Shown: positions 25,320-37,069 of the stretch, piece after piece
Layout of the letters: every line of letters starts with the position of its first letter
Position numbering within the stretch: position 1 is the stretch's first letter
Assembly (NCBI GenBank): GCA_038087875.1
Contig: CM075978.1
Coordinates: 136,648,001-136,712,000 of the forward strand
Source of the DNA: Malacoraja senta
Lineage: Eukaryota
Direction of reading: 5' to 3'
DNA length: 64,000 nt
Position numbers and translations under genes: made by a program
Notes under the pieces: generated by a model
What the model was told of the DNA's origin: nothing
What the model saw: only the letters and a program-made list of their open reading frames with translations
The model's database searches: none

Positions 25320-25590
25320 TGGAACTGCGGATGCTGGTTTATACCAAAGCTAAACACAAAATGCTGGCGTAAATCAGTGGGTCAGGCAACATCTGTCGAG
25401 AACATGGATAAGTGACACTGTGATATTTTAGGCCGGGATCCTTCACCAGACTGATAGTGGGGGAGAGGAAGGGGGACTGGAATCAAGAAAAAAAAAAAGG
25501 ACTATTTAGGGATGACAACAAATGACCTCGGGCAGAGGTTCCCTGATTGTAGCTAGGGGCGGTGTGATCCTAAGAGGGACACATCTTTGT
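25320..25590 (-). mobile_element. Penelope-derived 3' end
   Basis: ggaactgcggatgctggtttataccaaag...cagtgggtcaggcaacatc belongs to the same family as 4921-5051. Confidence 0.7.
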
Positions 25591-27423
25591 GAACTGTGGA
25601 TCTGGTTAACTAGTTCTTTTTTCTTGCTTCCATTTTCTATCCGTTCCCCCACCCCCCCCCCCCCCCCCCAAGTCCTGCAATCAGTCTGAACTCTAGTCTT
25701 TAAGGTGTTGCTTATCACTTTTCCTTTCTCCCAGACCCATCAGGCGTGAACACACAAAGCCCACTCCATCTCAATGGATTCTGCATTATCTGGCTACAAC
25801 ACCGAAGATGCTAACTTCTGTGTAAATAATAACATTACTATGCCAGTCCTCCCAGATTATGTTCACCATTCTCTAAAAAAAAGCACTAATGCTAACCCTC
25901 AAGTTCCAAAGCCTTGGAATCAGTTGTGAAGATCACCATTTGTAACCAAAATCTGTTAGACATGAGGATGTCATGTTTAATGACCACCTGAAATGATTGT
26001 CTTATGAAGGCAAGAGTGCTGAATCAGATATATGTACTGTATATACCCTCGGGATAAGATGGCTGTAAAGGTGGGCAAAGTGTTTGGTTTTTTACAGTTT
26101 ATCATTGTCAATGTAGAATTTCTTAGCTGGGTCTGGTGATTGAACAGATGCAGAAGGGTCGCAAAATTGTACCTCAGCTCTTCTGTACTTTAGAGTAGTT
26201 AAGGGCTCCTTGTAAGCCTGCAACTACTCCACATTCATCTGCAACATGCTGCTTTAGTTCTAGCACACAGGCAAGAGACATTGAAGAGGTTGCTCAGTCA
26301 ATTCAAGAATACAAAATAATAGGGACAGGCGTAGACCCCTGGCCATGTGGGCCTGCCCTGCCGCTCAATATGATTGTGGCTGATCCATCTCAAGGCCTCG
26401 ATTTCTTCAATGTGCGAGATCTCCATAACCCAGATCTTTCAAAATCTTACCTACATCCACTTTAATTAGTCTCATGATTCATAATGCCACCCCCACCCCA
26501 TAATAGAGAATTCCAGAGGTTCACTGCCCACTTTGTGAAGACATTTCTACCATCCTGATGGGAGAGGGTGAAGAGGGATTGACTGGGGTGAGACTGGTCC
26601 TTGATTATTTGTAATTAGGTAGAATCTGTTGGAAAACAAATGGAGTGAATGTTTCATTCACCTGAAACGTTAATCTTTTCCCATAGATGCAACATGATCT
26701 ACTGAATATTTCCAGTTTTTTTTGTTTTTTTCCTCTAGCTAATGAGCCTCCACTGCACATCTCATCACACCGAGAGGTATAATGTCAAAGTCGTAGTTGA
26801 AGAGTTCTCCAGAGATTATTGCTTTCTGTGTTTGAACCTTTTGCCATTTGAGTTGTTTGGTTTTACATGCAAATTCCAATTGTGAGAAAAGTGTCTGTTT
26901 ATGGCTTGTGATGGTATTGACTGACATGATTATCTCTTCAAGTGAGTGAGATAATCAGTTTGGGACACCATATGGGCTGCACACGATTTTTTCTCCAAAA
27001 AGCCTCCTCAGAAAGGCCTAAAAATGAAATGCAGATGCTGGTTTATACCAAAGATAGACACAAATTGCTGGAGTTACTCAGCGGGTCAGGCAGCATCTTT
27101 GGAGAAAACGAATAGGTGACATTTCGGGTCAGCATACTTTGGAACCCCTCTTTCTGGTTTAGCTCCTTTGTGTCATCCACACCTTACCTACTTACTGGCC
27201 AACTACTCTCCAATTATTCCTCGCCTTTTGTACCTATTCTTTTCCTCCGATGATATCTCTCAATTACCTGCAATGCAGTGGCTCCAAGTCTCATTCATTG
27301 ATGAGCTTCACCAGCATTCCCAAGAGATGTCTGCAACTCATCAGTCTGACATAATTGAATTACAAGGCCAAATGTCAGCAGGGTTCCAAAGCACAGCCAT
27401 TCAGTACGGAGATCATTCCCCAA

Positions 27424-27666
27424 CGAAGATAGACACAAAATGCTGGAGTAACTCAGCGGGTCAGGCTGCATCTCTGGAGAGAAGGAATAGGCAATGTTTC
27501 AGGTAGGAACCTTTCTTCACACCAGAACTTCTTCAGTCTGAAGAAGGGTTCCAAGCCGAAACGTCACCTATTCCTTTTCTCCCGGGATGCTGCCTGACCC
27601 GCTGAGTTACTCCAGCATATTGTGTCTGTCTTTGGTGTAAACCAGCATCTGCAGTTCCTTCCTACT
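27424..27666. mobile_element. Inverted pair of Penelope-derived short repeats
   Basis: 27424-27520 (-) and 27534-27666 (+) are reverse complements. Flanking direct repeat gatcattccc(c/t)aac at 27411 and 27670. Confidence 0.85.
27538..27565 (+). ncRNA. Putative minimal type I hammerhead ribozyme core
   Basis: CTGAAGA-A-gggttccaagcc-GAAA-CGTC contains the CUGANGA and GAAA boxes, a palindromic ACGU helix III and a GUC triplet. Helix II is decayed here but perfect at 24582-24593 (GGGT-CTCG-ACCC). Helix I is only 2 bp. Confidence 0.6.
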
Positions 27667-27779
27667 CCTGATCATTCCCTAACTCCAATTTCTTGCCCAT
27701 TGAATTTATGTGAACATTTTGCTGTTACCAACATGTTTATAGCCCAGGCATCAATTCATAAATAACAGACTTTTTCCAA

Positions 27780-29065
27780 TCTATATTACTAAAAGTCTGA
27801 TCTTGACCTGTTGTTCTGTATATTGATTTTAGAAAAAACGCTGCCACTTACGGCTGTGATTTTTGACCATCTTACTCAGAGTCCCCCTCTGCTGCGCAGG
27901 ACAAGAGGATTTTTCCCATCGATGAGAAATAAAAGAGTTATTAGTGTTTTAAAAATGTTGAGATTCTCTCTCCTGAAGGCCACGCCCCTTCCAGGGACTA
28001 TAAAACCCGGAAGTGTTGAGTGCCTCAGTCAGTCTCTGCAGGATGGGGGAGTGAGAGGGTCACGTCTTTCAGTCTGAGCTGTGAATAACTCTGAACACAT
28101 GTCTACTAAACTGTGAGTGGTTTTACTGACCTGTCAGTGCCCTTAACGTGGTTTGAAAATACAGTTTGGAAATGCTAAAGCTGTGTTGCCTTTGGTTTGG
28201 AAATGCTAAAGCTGTGCTGCCTTTGGTTTGGAAATGCTAAAGCTGCATTGCCTAATTAAAGTTGTGTTGCCTAATTAAAGTTGCCTTGCCTAATTAAAGT
28301 TGCCTTGCCTAATTAAAGTTGCCTTGCCTAATTAAAGTTGCCTTGCCTCATTAAAGTTGCCTTGCCTTCTATATAATTAAAAGTCTAATCTTGACCACTT
28401 CCTGTTTGCGCTTTCTATTGATTTTAGAAAAAACGCCACCACGTGCAGCTGTGATTTTTGGCCATCTTACTCAGAGTCCCCCTCCGCTCATCAGGTGCCG
28501 AGGATTTTTCCCATCGATGAAAAATAAGAGTTATTAGTGTTTAAAAAATGTTGAGATTCTCTCTCCTGTCAATCATGCCATTAAGGCCATGCCACTTCTG
28601 GTGGGAGTGGGGGAGGGACTATAAAACCCAGAAGTGTGGGCGTGGCTTAGTCTCTGCAAGATGGATGAGGGAGAGGTCACGACTCAGTCTTCAGTGGCCT
28701 TGCACCCTGCTTGAAATGGTATGAAACTGCACTTGAATTTGGTGGCCTTGCACCCTGCTTGAAATGGAATTTCAAGGAATAGCCATGAGACAACTGCCAG
28801 CCCACCAGCCGTGAGTGAGTGAGCTGCCAGCACAACAGGCTTGAGTGACTGAGCCGCCAGCCCAAGAATCCATTCGGGACACAATGTCCATACTAGCCCT
28901 CTGGAAACCAGTCCCTTCAGCCCACAACACCCATACTAGTGCTCCAGAAAGCCACCCCCCCCCCACTGGCCACCAATATTGGAATTGGTGGAGAGGTGGA
29001 ATATTGCGCTGGGGGACCAACCCTCCCATGTGATGCTGGGAACCAACGGATCCCACTTAGTCAAG
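27780..29065 (+). mobile_element. Non-autonomous Helitron
   Basis: Starts A|TCTATATTACTAAAA. Ends with the subterminal hairpin gggaacc-aac-ggatccc then ttagtCAAG|T (degenerate CTAG), with no TSD. Its termini match those of the 52162-52897 element. Confidence 0.8.
28150..28368 (+). repeat. Minisatellites inside the Helitron (29-bp x3, 19-bp x6)
   Basis: (gtttggaaatgctaaagctgtgttgcctttg)n followed by (taattaaagttgccttgcc)n. Confidence 0.9.
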
Positions 29066-29449
29066 TTTATAATAAAAATAAGATGAGACGGGTCTATGTA
29101 AAAGCGAGAAATCCCTTTTATATTGTCCTTCACCATATATCTTAGAATATCCAGAGTTTTACAGAGTCATACAGCCTGGTAACCTGCAGCCCAATCCGCC
29201 TCTGTTTGGCACATCTCCCTCTAAACCTATCCTATTCATGTACCTGTCCAAATGTTTTTTTAAAGTTGTGATAGTACCTGCCTCAACTACTTCTTCCAGC
29301 AGCTTGTTCCATACACCCTCCATCCTCTGTGTAAAAAAAGTTGCCCCTCAGGTTTTCCCCCACAGTATGAGGTTTAAACCCATGACATCACGGTTGAGAA
29401 GTATGTGCTACAAACGAAGGTAAATTGAAAATTGTAAAAGGAGTAGGCT

Positions 29450-31830
29450 GAGAGTGCCGGAATCAACTGTGACCATTCCACTCACAAACATGCATACCGC
29501 ATTGGATATTGTTGGGGCAAGAGAGAGAATGACCCAGGTCATCCACATCTCTATTTGGATCCAAGGCCCAGCGGGTAAAGGTGAAGTCAGACACAGATAG
29601 TGTGATAGGGGACTTGATAGCTAGGGGGATAGATACGGGATTGTGCAGCTGAAAATGGGACACCAGGGTGCTGTGTTTCCTCTCAGGTGCCAGGGCCAAC
29701 ATGGTCTCTGAATGTTCTTAGAATATCCTCAAGAGAAAGGATGAGCAGCCAGAAGTCGTGGTAGACATTGGCAGAAATGACATGGGTTTAAAAGGGAATG
29801 AGGTCCTACAGAATGAATATTGGTAGTTGGGGAAAAGGTTGGAAAGCAGGTTTATAACCTTGAGGGTTATAATCTCTGTATTACTCCAGGTGCAATGTTC
29901 CAGTGAGGGTAGTAATAGGAGGTGGGACAGGAGAATTCTTGGCTGAGAGGTTGATGCAGGGGATAAGAAGTCAGATATTCAAACCTTTGGGATATCTTCT
30001 GTGGCAGCTGTGACCTGCACACGAGGGAGGGGTTGCACCTGACACTGGTGGGCAGATTTGCTCGTGCTACTACAGAGGGTTTCAACTAGATTGGAAAGGG
30101 ATGGAATCCAAAGTAGTAGTGAGGCAGATGAGGACAAAGCATGGTAAGGAGTGAGGGAAAATGGTTTGATTAAATTGCATTTATTTAATTGCAAGAGGCC
30201 TGGACAGGCAAGGTGGATGAACTCGAGGCATGGATGAGTATGTGCGACTGGGATATTATAGGCATTACAGAAACATTGCCAGACAAATGGCTGCTTAATG
30301 CTCAAAGATGCAAGATAGAAGTGGAGGAAAGAGAGGAGGGAGATTTGTAATTTTGACTATGGAGAACGTCATGGTAGTAGTCCAAGCTGTAATTACTAAC
30401 GGATCATCCTGCAAAGCTTTATGGGTGGAGCAAAGAAACAGGAAGGGGGGAAGACTGCCTAGCTGGGATGGTACTGTGGGTCCCCAAATAGTCAATGGGA
30501 GATAGAGAAACAAATATGCAGGGAAATTGCAGAGAGTCGAAAGGAAAAAAGTGTTGTCATATAAGAGGATTTTAATTTTCCAAATATAGACTGAATTTGT
30601 TCAATGCGTTCAGGAAAGTTTCCTCAGACAGTATATAGAGGGCCTACCAGAGTTAGGGTAAAGATTGACCTATCTAAGGAAATAGACCAGGGCAAATGAC
30701 TCAGATGAACAATGGATGAGTCTTCTGGGATCAGTGACCACAGTTGTATTTGGTTTAAAATAGTATGGAAAAAGGACAGAACTGGTCCACAAGTTAAATT
30801 TTAAATTGAGGCAAGATACATGTTGACAGTATTAGATGTTGATTAGAGTAGGTTGTTTACTGGCAAAGGAACGTACAGCATGTGGGAGTTTTTTTGGGGT
30901 GAGATAGGGAGAGTTCATGCATGCTCATAAGGTCTGCATGCTCCTGCAGAGTGAAGGGCAAGGCTGGCAAGAGTAGGGAACATTGGACAACAAGAAATAT
31001 TGAGGCTCTGGTCAGAAAAAAAGGAGCATTAGTCAAGTACAGACAGCTGGAATCAACAGAACACCTGGAGCAGTAATGGGAATACAGGAAAATAAAAACT
31101 GCAATGAAAAACCTGGGAACTATAGACCAGTAAGCCGAACATCTGTGGTAGTAAAATTACTGGAGAGGATTCTGAGGGAGAAGATATACATGCATTTGGA
31201 AAGAGAAGAGTTGATTGGGAACAATCAGCATGCTTTGTGCATGGGAAATCAATCTGATTGAGTTTTTTTGATGAAGTAACCAAGAAAATCAATGAGGACA
31301 GGGTGGTGGGCATAGTCTCTAGACTTTAGCAAGGCCTTTCACATGATTCCACCTGGTACGTAACTCTGGAAGGTTAGATTGCTTGGGATCTAGGGAGAAC
31401 TAGCTAATTCGACACATTATTAATGATTTAAGGAAGCAGAGGGTGATAGTGGAAGGATATTTTTCTGGCTGGAGGCCTGAGGTGTGTCTCAAGGATTGGT
31501 GCTGGGCTCAATATAATTTGGCATCTGTATCAACAATCTGGATGAGCACCAGGGTGGAGCACCAAGGGTGGAGCACCTAGGGTGGAGCACCAAGAACGAG
31601 GCGACATGGGTTTAAGTTGAAAAGGGACAATGTAATGGTGAGAGGCAACTGTTTCGTATAGAGGATGATACATATACGGAACACGCTGCCAGAGGAAGTG
31701 GTTGAAGCAGATACAATAACAATGTATAAAATACATTTGGACAGGTAAATAAATAAGAAAGGTTTGAAAGATAAGGGTTAAACACAGACCACAGGGCAAA
31801 AGAGACTATTTCTGTGCGATATTAAGCTAT
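29450..31830 (+). mobile_element. Long decayed CR1 LINE including ORF1 esterase remnant
   Basis: gtgataggggacttgatagctagggggatagat = VIGDLIARGID, then VLCFLSGARA (GDSL/SGNH esterase-like, as in CR1 ORF1). Then EKPGNYRPVSRTSVVVKLLERIL (RT N-terminus) and a CR1 3' end. A short gagcaccagggtg tandem lies at 31544-31592. Confidence 0.85.
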
Positions 31831-33224
31831 GGCTCTTGGTAAACCAAGAGGAAAAATGTTTGAAATGTAAGGATTGTAAGGTTAAAATTTACATTCAACT
31901 GGATTTAGGTATGTGCATAACCAGCTTCTTAATTCTGCACCATGTGTAGTTAAAACATTCCATCAGTGTAATTTTCCATTCTGTATAAAGCTTTGCTCAT
32001 TCCAGCTCCCCCACTGAGCAATGCAAAAAATAAAGTAGGGATAAACACTGAAACCACAGAAATAACTGAAGAAAATAACTTTGCGAGAAAGGTAAAGATT
32101 AAATCGTCTGCAATTCATACAACAACAACCCAAATCTCCCCCTCAACCAACACACCGTTCTACACCCACGACCCACACATTTCAACCTGCACAGAAACCC
32201 TGGAATTTTTCCAAAACCCTAATTAAAAGCGACCATTATAATACTGTGGAGGCATGACAAACGACTTTTCCATTCAACATTTAAGAAATAAGAACTAGAT
32301 TCTGTGGGATTTTCATTTTATATATCTTTCTATGAGCAAAATTGCATTATTATTTGTGATAATCTTTACATGCAACAGCAACAACTGAACATGTTCAGCT
32401 GCTGACTACAGTAAGCAGCTTGCGAGCAGATGCAGAAACAGATTTGCATGGGTCAATCGGTGCCGAAATGTTTATGTTACATTGACTCAACTATACAACA
32501 TAGTTCCACATTTCACTAAATATTACTGCTCCAGGCAGAAATGGAATATGTGGATTTTTTGTGTGAGGCAGGGACCTACTTAAAAACTCTGCTACCGTGA
32601 TCTTAATACACACAGGAAGAGTTGTCTTTCTGTGTCCTATATTATTTTTCTGCATTTACAAACTGGTGAAACTTTTTTATAATTATCAAACACTATCTGT
32701 GGTACACACATGGACCATTGAAGTGATAAAAAAAAAGTTTGAAATGGAGGATAATGAAAACCCATGAAAAAGTTACAAGGGCACAACTCAAATGAGGAGT
32801 TCAAATGACACCAATCTTGGTAGGAAACCTTGTCTGGTTTACAAGAGTCATCTGAACTTTAAACTCAGATTATAGCTTTAAACTAACTTGTTATCTGTTA
32901 TAGTTCATAACATATACCATTACATTTCTACATGTGTGCACTTTTGCATTTACTTTTCAATAGAGTTATACAAAGAGCAGCTAATATCTCAAATTTCAAA
33001 CAAAACAGGATAATAATAATGTGTGGAATATTGCCCAGTGAAGTCCGCAAAGATCATCAACTATTTAATCTGCTGATTATGGAAATTTACTATAATTAGC
33101 ATATACTATCAACCAACTGAAAATCACGTGCAGTGCTGATGTTAAATGTATTTTGGTATGCAGGATTTTGTTTTCTCTGTCAAATTAGAATCCGTCTCCA
33201 AAATACTTCAAACAATGTTCGAGA

Positions 33225-33563
33225 AATAGATCGGGTGGACACACAGAGTCCCTTGCCTGGAGTAAGGGAAATGAGAAACTGAGGCTACAGGTGTACGGTG
33301 AAGGGGGAAGGATTTAATAGGAAACTGAGGAGTAACTTTTTCACATAAAGGATGGTGGGTGTATGGAACGAGGTGCCAGAGGAGGTAGTTGAGGCAGGAA
33401 CTATTGCAACATTTAAGAAACCATTAGACAGGTACATGGATAGGACAGGTTTAGAGGGATATGGGCCAAACGCAGGCAGGTGGGACTAGTGTAGATGGGG
33501 CATGTTGGTTGATGTGGGCAAGTTGGGCTGAAGGGCCTGTTTCCACACTCTATGAATCTATGA
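33225..33563 (+). mobile_element. CR1 LINE 3' end
   Basis: ggtgggtgtatggaacgag...ttagagggatatgggccaaacgcaggcaggtgggac...gggcctgtttcc. Confidence 0.88.
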
Positions 33564-34309
33564 CTCCCCTTGATCCAGCAGTGTTTGTAATTCACAAAGA
33601 CAGTTTACGAAATCAGGCTCTCTTACAAAACCAATTTATGACCAGTGTATCTAAACACAATTCTGCAAAGGATAAAGGCAATTGTATCCCTTTCCAAATA
33701 AAATTGTCCTTTTCTTTGTGAATTTAATCTTAACATGCTTTCTTTGTTTAGGTATCCCTGCAGGACTTCACAATTGTGATAGAACACGATGGGGGTTATG
33801 GTAACCTCAGAAAACTTTAAAAGGTTGTTTTAAAAAAAAATTAAGATATTTTATATTTTCTGCTAAATATGGAACTTTGGAAAATATTCCAACATTAAAT
33901 ATTCTAACATTATCTGATAAAAGAAGATGTGAATTTGCTTTTGAATTACTTTCAAAGTGTTTCTTGCATCTGGGCCCATTTAATCTCCAATGAAAATGTG
34001 TTCCATTAAAAGTTACCTCCTGCACACTCCTTGCAAATCTTTCTGGAGCACATCTCTACGCTTATAAAAGAGCAGCTGGATCACATTCTCCCAAATGTCT
34101 TCATTGATAAGCTACAAGGTAGAATAAAGCCAGTGAGCTCAGGCCTTCCAAGCAGCGATGAGCTACTCACTCTGTGCCCGAGAGGACCTGATGATCTCTT
34201 TTGGATTTGAACTGAGCCGAATATATATTTTTGTTCAAACATTCAGGTTTCGATTGGCCTGGGTCTTTAATTTATCGGGGATGGGATGATTGACCAGTGG
34301 TATTTTTAT

Positions 34310-34408
34310 GAAGATAGACGCAAAATGCAGGAGTGACTCAGCAGGACAGGCAGCATCTCGGGAGAGAAGGAATGGTTGACGTTTCAGGTCGAGACTCTTC
34401 TTCAGACT
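34310..34408 (-). mobile_element. Penelope-derived short repeat with hammerhead-like core
   Basis: Minus strand reads gtCTGAAGAAGAGTCTCGACCTGAAACGTCaacc. Confidence 0.8.
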
Positions 34409-34699
34409 TATGAAGTTCACCAATCAGCATTTTAGATGAACTAAAGCAGCCATGTTTCCTTATCTGGCAAATACAGTGACTTCCCAGACACTGGGCCATC
34501 TCATTGCTTTAGGTATATGACTGTATCTGGCCAACCTCCACTGAAAGTTCCAAGGTTTAATTTGAATTTAATCTCTCTGTCCGTCTCCTTCTCTCTCTCT
34601 TTCTCTCTCTCTCACGCACACTATCCCTCCCCTCAACCGAAAGGGGAAATTGAACTTTAAATTAAAAATGTAGAATGAATGGACAGAAAGAATGAAATA

Positions 34700-34935
34700 A
34701 ATAAGATGACATCTAGCATGATATCAGGATGCATCAAGATGCTTTACCGTTAATTAAGTATTTTTTGATATGTAATCATTAAAGTGATATGGGAAACAGC
34801 AGCCCATTTGGGCACAGAAAGATCTGACAATCATTGGGGGATTGATCAGACAATCTCATTTTCTGTTGTTGGTGAGGGATGACCATTTGCTGGAGCTGGA
34901 GATAAACTCCCAAAAGAAGCCTAGCTCGCTCTTCT
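34700..34935 (-). mobile_element. Old Deu-SINE (SacSINE1/AmnSINE1-like)
   Basis: gggaaacagcagcccatttgggcacag...gttggtgagggatgacc...aactccc resembles the reverse Deu domain. Confidence 0.55.
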
Positions 34936-35100
34936 AAATCCTCGCCTACGACAATGACAGAGACCTATGGCAAGGCTTCACCGTCAGCCTCTCTTGCTGT
35001 TGGGTGATGGGGAAGGACAACGGTGACAGGCAGGAACAAGCTGGAGGGATGACGAAATAAATTAGAAAAATTAATTATCTTAAATTAGAAATATTAATTA

Positions 35101-35418
35101 GTGGGAGAGTCTAGGACTAGAGGTCATAGCGTCAGAATTAAAGGAGGTTCTTTCAGGAAGGAGATGAGGAAGAATATATTTAGTCAATGGGTGGTGAATC
35201 TGTGGAATTCTTTGCCACAGAAGGATGTGGAGGCAAAGTCAGTGGATATGTTTAAGGCAGAGATCGATAGATTCTTGATGAGTATGGGTGTCAGGGGTTA
35301 TGGGGAGAAGGCAGGAGAATGGGGTTAGGAGGGAGAGATAAATCAGCCATGATTGAATGGCGGAGTAGACTTGATGGGCCTAATGGCCTAATTCTGCTCC
35401 TATCACATGATCTTATGA
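35101..35418 (+). mobile_element. CR1 LINE 3' end
   Basis: GESRTRGHSVRIKGGSFRKEMRKNIFSQWVVNLWNSLP plus UTR. Confidence 0.92.
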
Positions 35419-36639
35419 AAAATGAAGGATGGAAATGTTTGGAAGTAAGCACTATTCTATGTAGCTGCAAGGCAGTTGTCTCCTATTGTGTTTTTTTCTA
35501 TGCACCATTTGCCTTTCTGTTGCAATAAAAAAGGAATGTGCAATGCGGAGCAAAGCCAATCCATTCTAGCAAATAATTAAAAGCGTCCTATTCAGAAACA
35601 TGAAGGAGAATTCCACCTTGATTTGGCTCAGAGCCATGGAAAATTTCAGGCAGGCGACAACAGAAATGACAGAGTACTGAGCAAGCTCGGACCCCTTTGT
35701 CCACATTGCATTGACTATACTGACATTCTTTAAAGCAAACTATTCCAGCAACAACTGACAGAACTGAGAAGGTTTCTGTTCTCTGCCGGATGGGATTACA
35801 CCAATGATAATAAAGGAAAGGAGCACCAGCTACACACCTGCTGGCAAGAAGGTGAATGCATTATAAGGTGACGGAAGATGAAACCAAAACGCACTTCAGC
35901 AAATCATTCCAGCATCTGTGATTAATATAAACACACCCATTGCCCGATGTACATTAGCTATATAATTAATAACTTCCTAAGGGATGTCAGCTTGGCAAGA
36001 GTTGAAGGCAAGCTGTGAACATGCATTATTTGAATCCTAAACTATAATCGTATATTGAACATATTTAAAAAAAAACATGCATATATATCATTTTCTGAGT
36101 TTTATTAATATTGGTGTTCCCTCCCTTTCTTTCTTGCAGTTCTCTTGTCTAAAACCACTTTACTTTCTCTTCCCCCACCATGCCATACATCATTTACCTG
36201 CCAAGAATCCAGGCAATTTAATCAAAAACCTTTCCCGTAGCAGTTTTTGTGCCGTGGCAGGAAAGGTACACAGGAGTGTTTCGAGCTTATATACTAGCAA
36301 AACAATTCCCTCCTGTGGGGAAAGCTTTTAATCTATGAACCTAAATGGACCAAGAAAAATTGAGAATTTGTCAGGTGAGGAAGCAGCAACATCACTCCCT
36401 GGCCCCAATGCATTTAGAGCCCCAATGTACTTGAGCACCAGTAGCTGTTTTGTATCCAAAACAGCACACTGAGAGAACAATCACAAAGTAAACATTAAAA
36501 CATAATTTACTGCAGGGATCTCAGTACAGATTCTATTTATTTCTTAGTGTATTTCTGTAAATAGGTAAAGATTGTCAGTTTTATTACACAGCAATAGAGG
36601 AGGCACATGGCATGAGCAAACGATTGGCATGAGCAAAAT

Positions 36640-37068
36640 AAGTTCATAGGTTCTAGGAGCAGAATGAGGCCATTGGACCCATCAAGTTTATTCCGCCATT
36701 CAATCGTGGCTGATCTATATTTCCCCCTCAACCCCATTCTCCTGCCTTCACCTCATAACCCTTGACACCCGTACTAATCAAGTATCTGTAAATCTCCACC
36801 TCAAAAATATCTATTGACTTGCCCTCCACAGCTGTCTGTGGCAATGAATTTCACAGATTCACCATCCTCTGACTAAAGAAATTCCTTCTCATCTCCTTTC
36901 TGAAGGTACGTCCCTTTATTCTGAGGTTATGGCCTCTGGTCCTAGACTCCCCCACTAGTGGAAACATCCTCTCCACATTCACTCTATCTAGACCTTTCAC
37001 TTTTCGGTAAGTCTCAATGAGGTACCCCCTCACCCTCCTAAACTCCAGTGAGTACAGGCCCAGTGCTT
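36640..37068 (-). mobile_element. CR1 LINE 3' end
   Basis: RGYLIETYRKVKGLDRVNVERMFPLVGESRTRGH plus UTR. Confidence 0.92.
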
Positions 37069-37069
37069 A

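Noticed and set aside
33752-33800. Small plus-strand exon (tttgtttag|...|gtaacc)
   Set aside because: Weak donor, unrecognised peptide, and expected by chance in 64 kb.
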